A stretch of DNA of 62,937 nucleotides from Octopus bimaculoides. Taxonomy: Eukaryota. A program made the translations under genes and the position numbers. This document shows positions 62,741 through 62,937 of the stretch, piece after piece; position 1 is the first letter of the stretch, and each line of letters opens with the position of its first letter. Under the pieces are notes generated by a model. That model saw only the letters and a program-made list of their open reading frames with translations. It was not told the origin of the DNA and did not search any database. The stretch is taken from positions 167,559,501-167,622,437 of the forward strand of contig NC_068983.1 in assembly GCF_001194135.2 (NCBI RefSeq), in the 5' to 3' direction.

Positions 62741-62937
62741 TCATCATCATCATCATCATCGTCGTTTAACGTCCGCTTTCCATGCTAGCATGGGTTGGAC
62801 GATTTGACTGAGGACTGGTGAAACTGGATGGCAACACCAGGCTCCAATCTAATTTGGCAGAGTTTCTACAGCTGGATGCCCTTCCTAACGCCAACCACTC
62901 AGAGAGTGTAGTGGGTGCTTTTACGTGTCACCCGCAC
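62741..62937 (-). mobile_element. Young copy of the LINE/SINE 3' tail with (CAT)n, truncated by the window end
   Basis: CATCATCATCGTCGTTTAACGTCCGCTTTCCATGCTAGCATGGGTTGGACG...; similar minus-strand copies at ~39208 and ~57180. Confidence 0.85.

Overview
Eukaryotic, intron-rich, repeat-dense scaffold with about 12 N-gaps. The SINE/LINE tails and microsatellites look like those of an octopod cephalopod (inference from recalled repeat sequences, not a database hit). Three spliced protein-coding genes can be reconstructed by hand. (1) DERA (deoxyribose-phosphate aldolase), + strand, 8 coding exons, 9881-29368, 319 aa, with a GC-AG intron 7. (2) ZC4H2, + strand, 5 coding exons, 37779-49404, 222 aa. 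(3) The 3' end of a DUF21/CBS (CNNM/Mam3-like) gene on the - strand, exons 60662-60744, 58913-59062 and a probable terminal exon 50703-50870, convergent with ZC4H2. The rest is mostly decayed transposons: an RTE-type LINE with a PHD-like finger inside its RT and a 66-bp-repeat 3'UTR, BovB-like RTE, CRE, R4/Dong, L1/Tx1, Penelope, hAT-Buster with an intact 8-bp TSD, mariner, maT/Tc1 and tRNA-derived SINEs. No CRISPR, rRNA or true tRNA genes were found. I cannot demonstrate a new biological system from sequence alone. The best candidates are a ~495-nt long hairpin between the two convergent 3' ends, inverted LINE copies tightly bracketing DERA exons 2-3 (a circRNA/ADAR configuration), an apparently CNBH-less CNNM-like protein, and a CpG-rich modular-repeat region with a small ORF in DERA intron 1.
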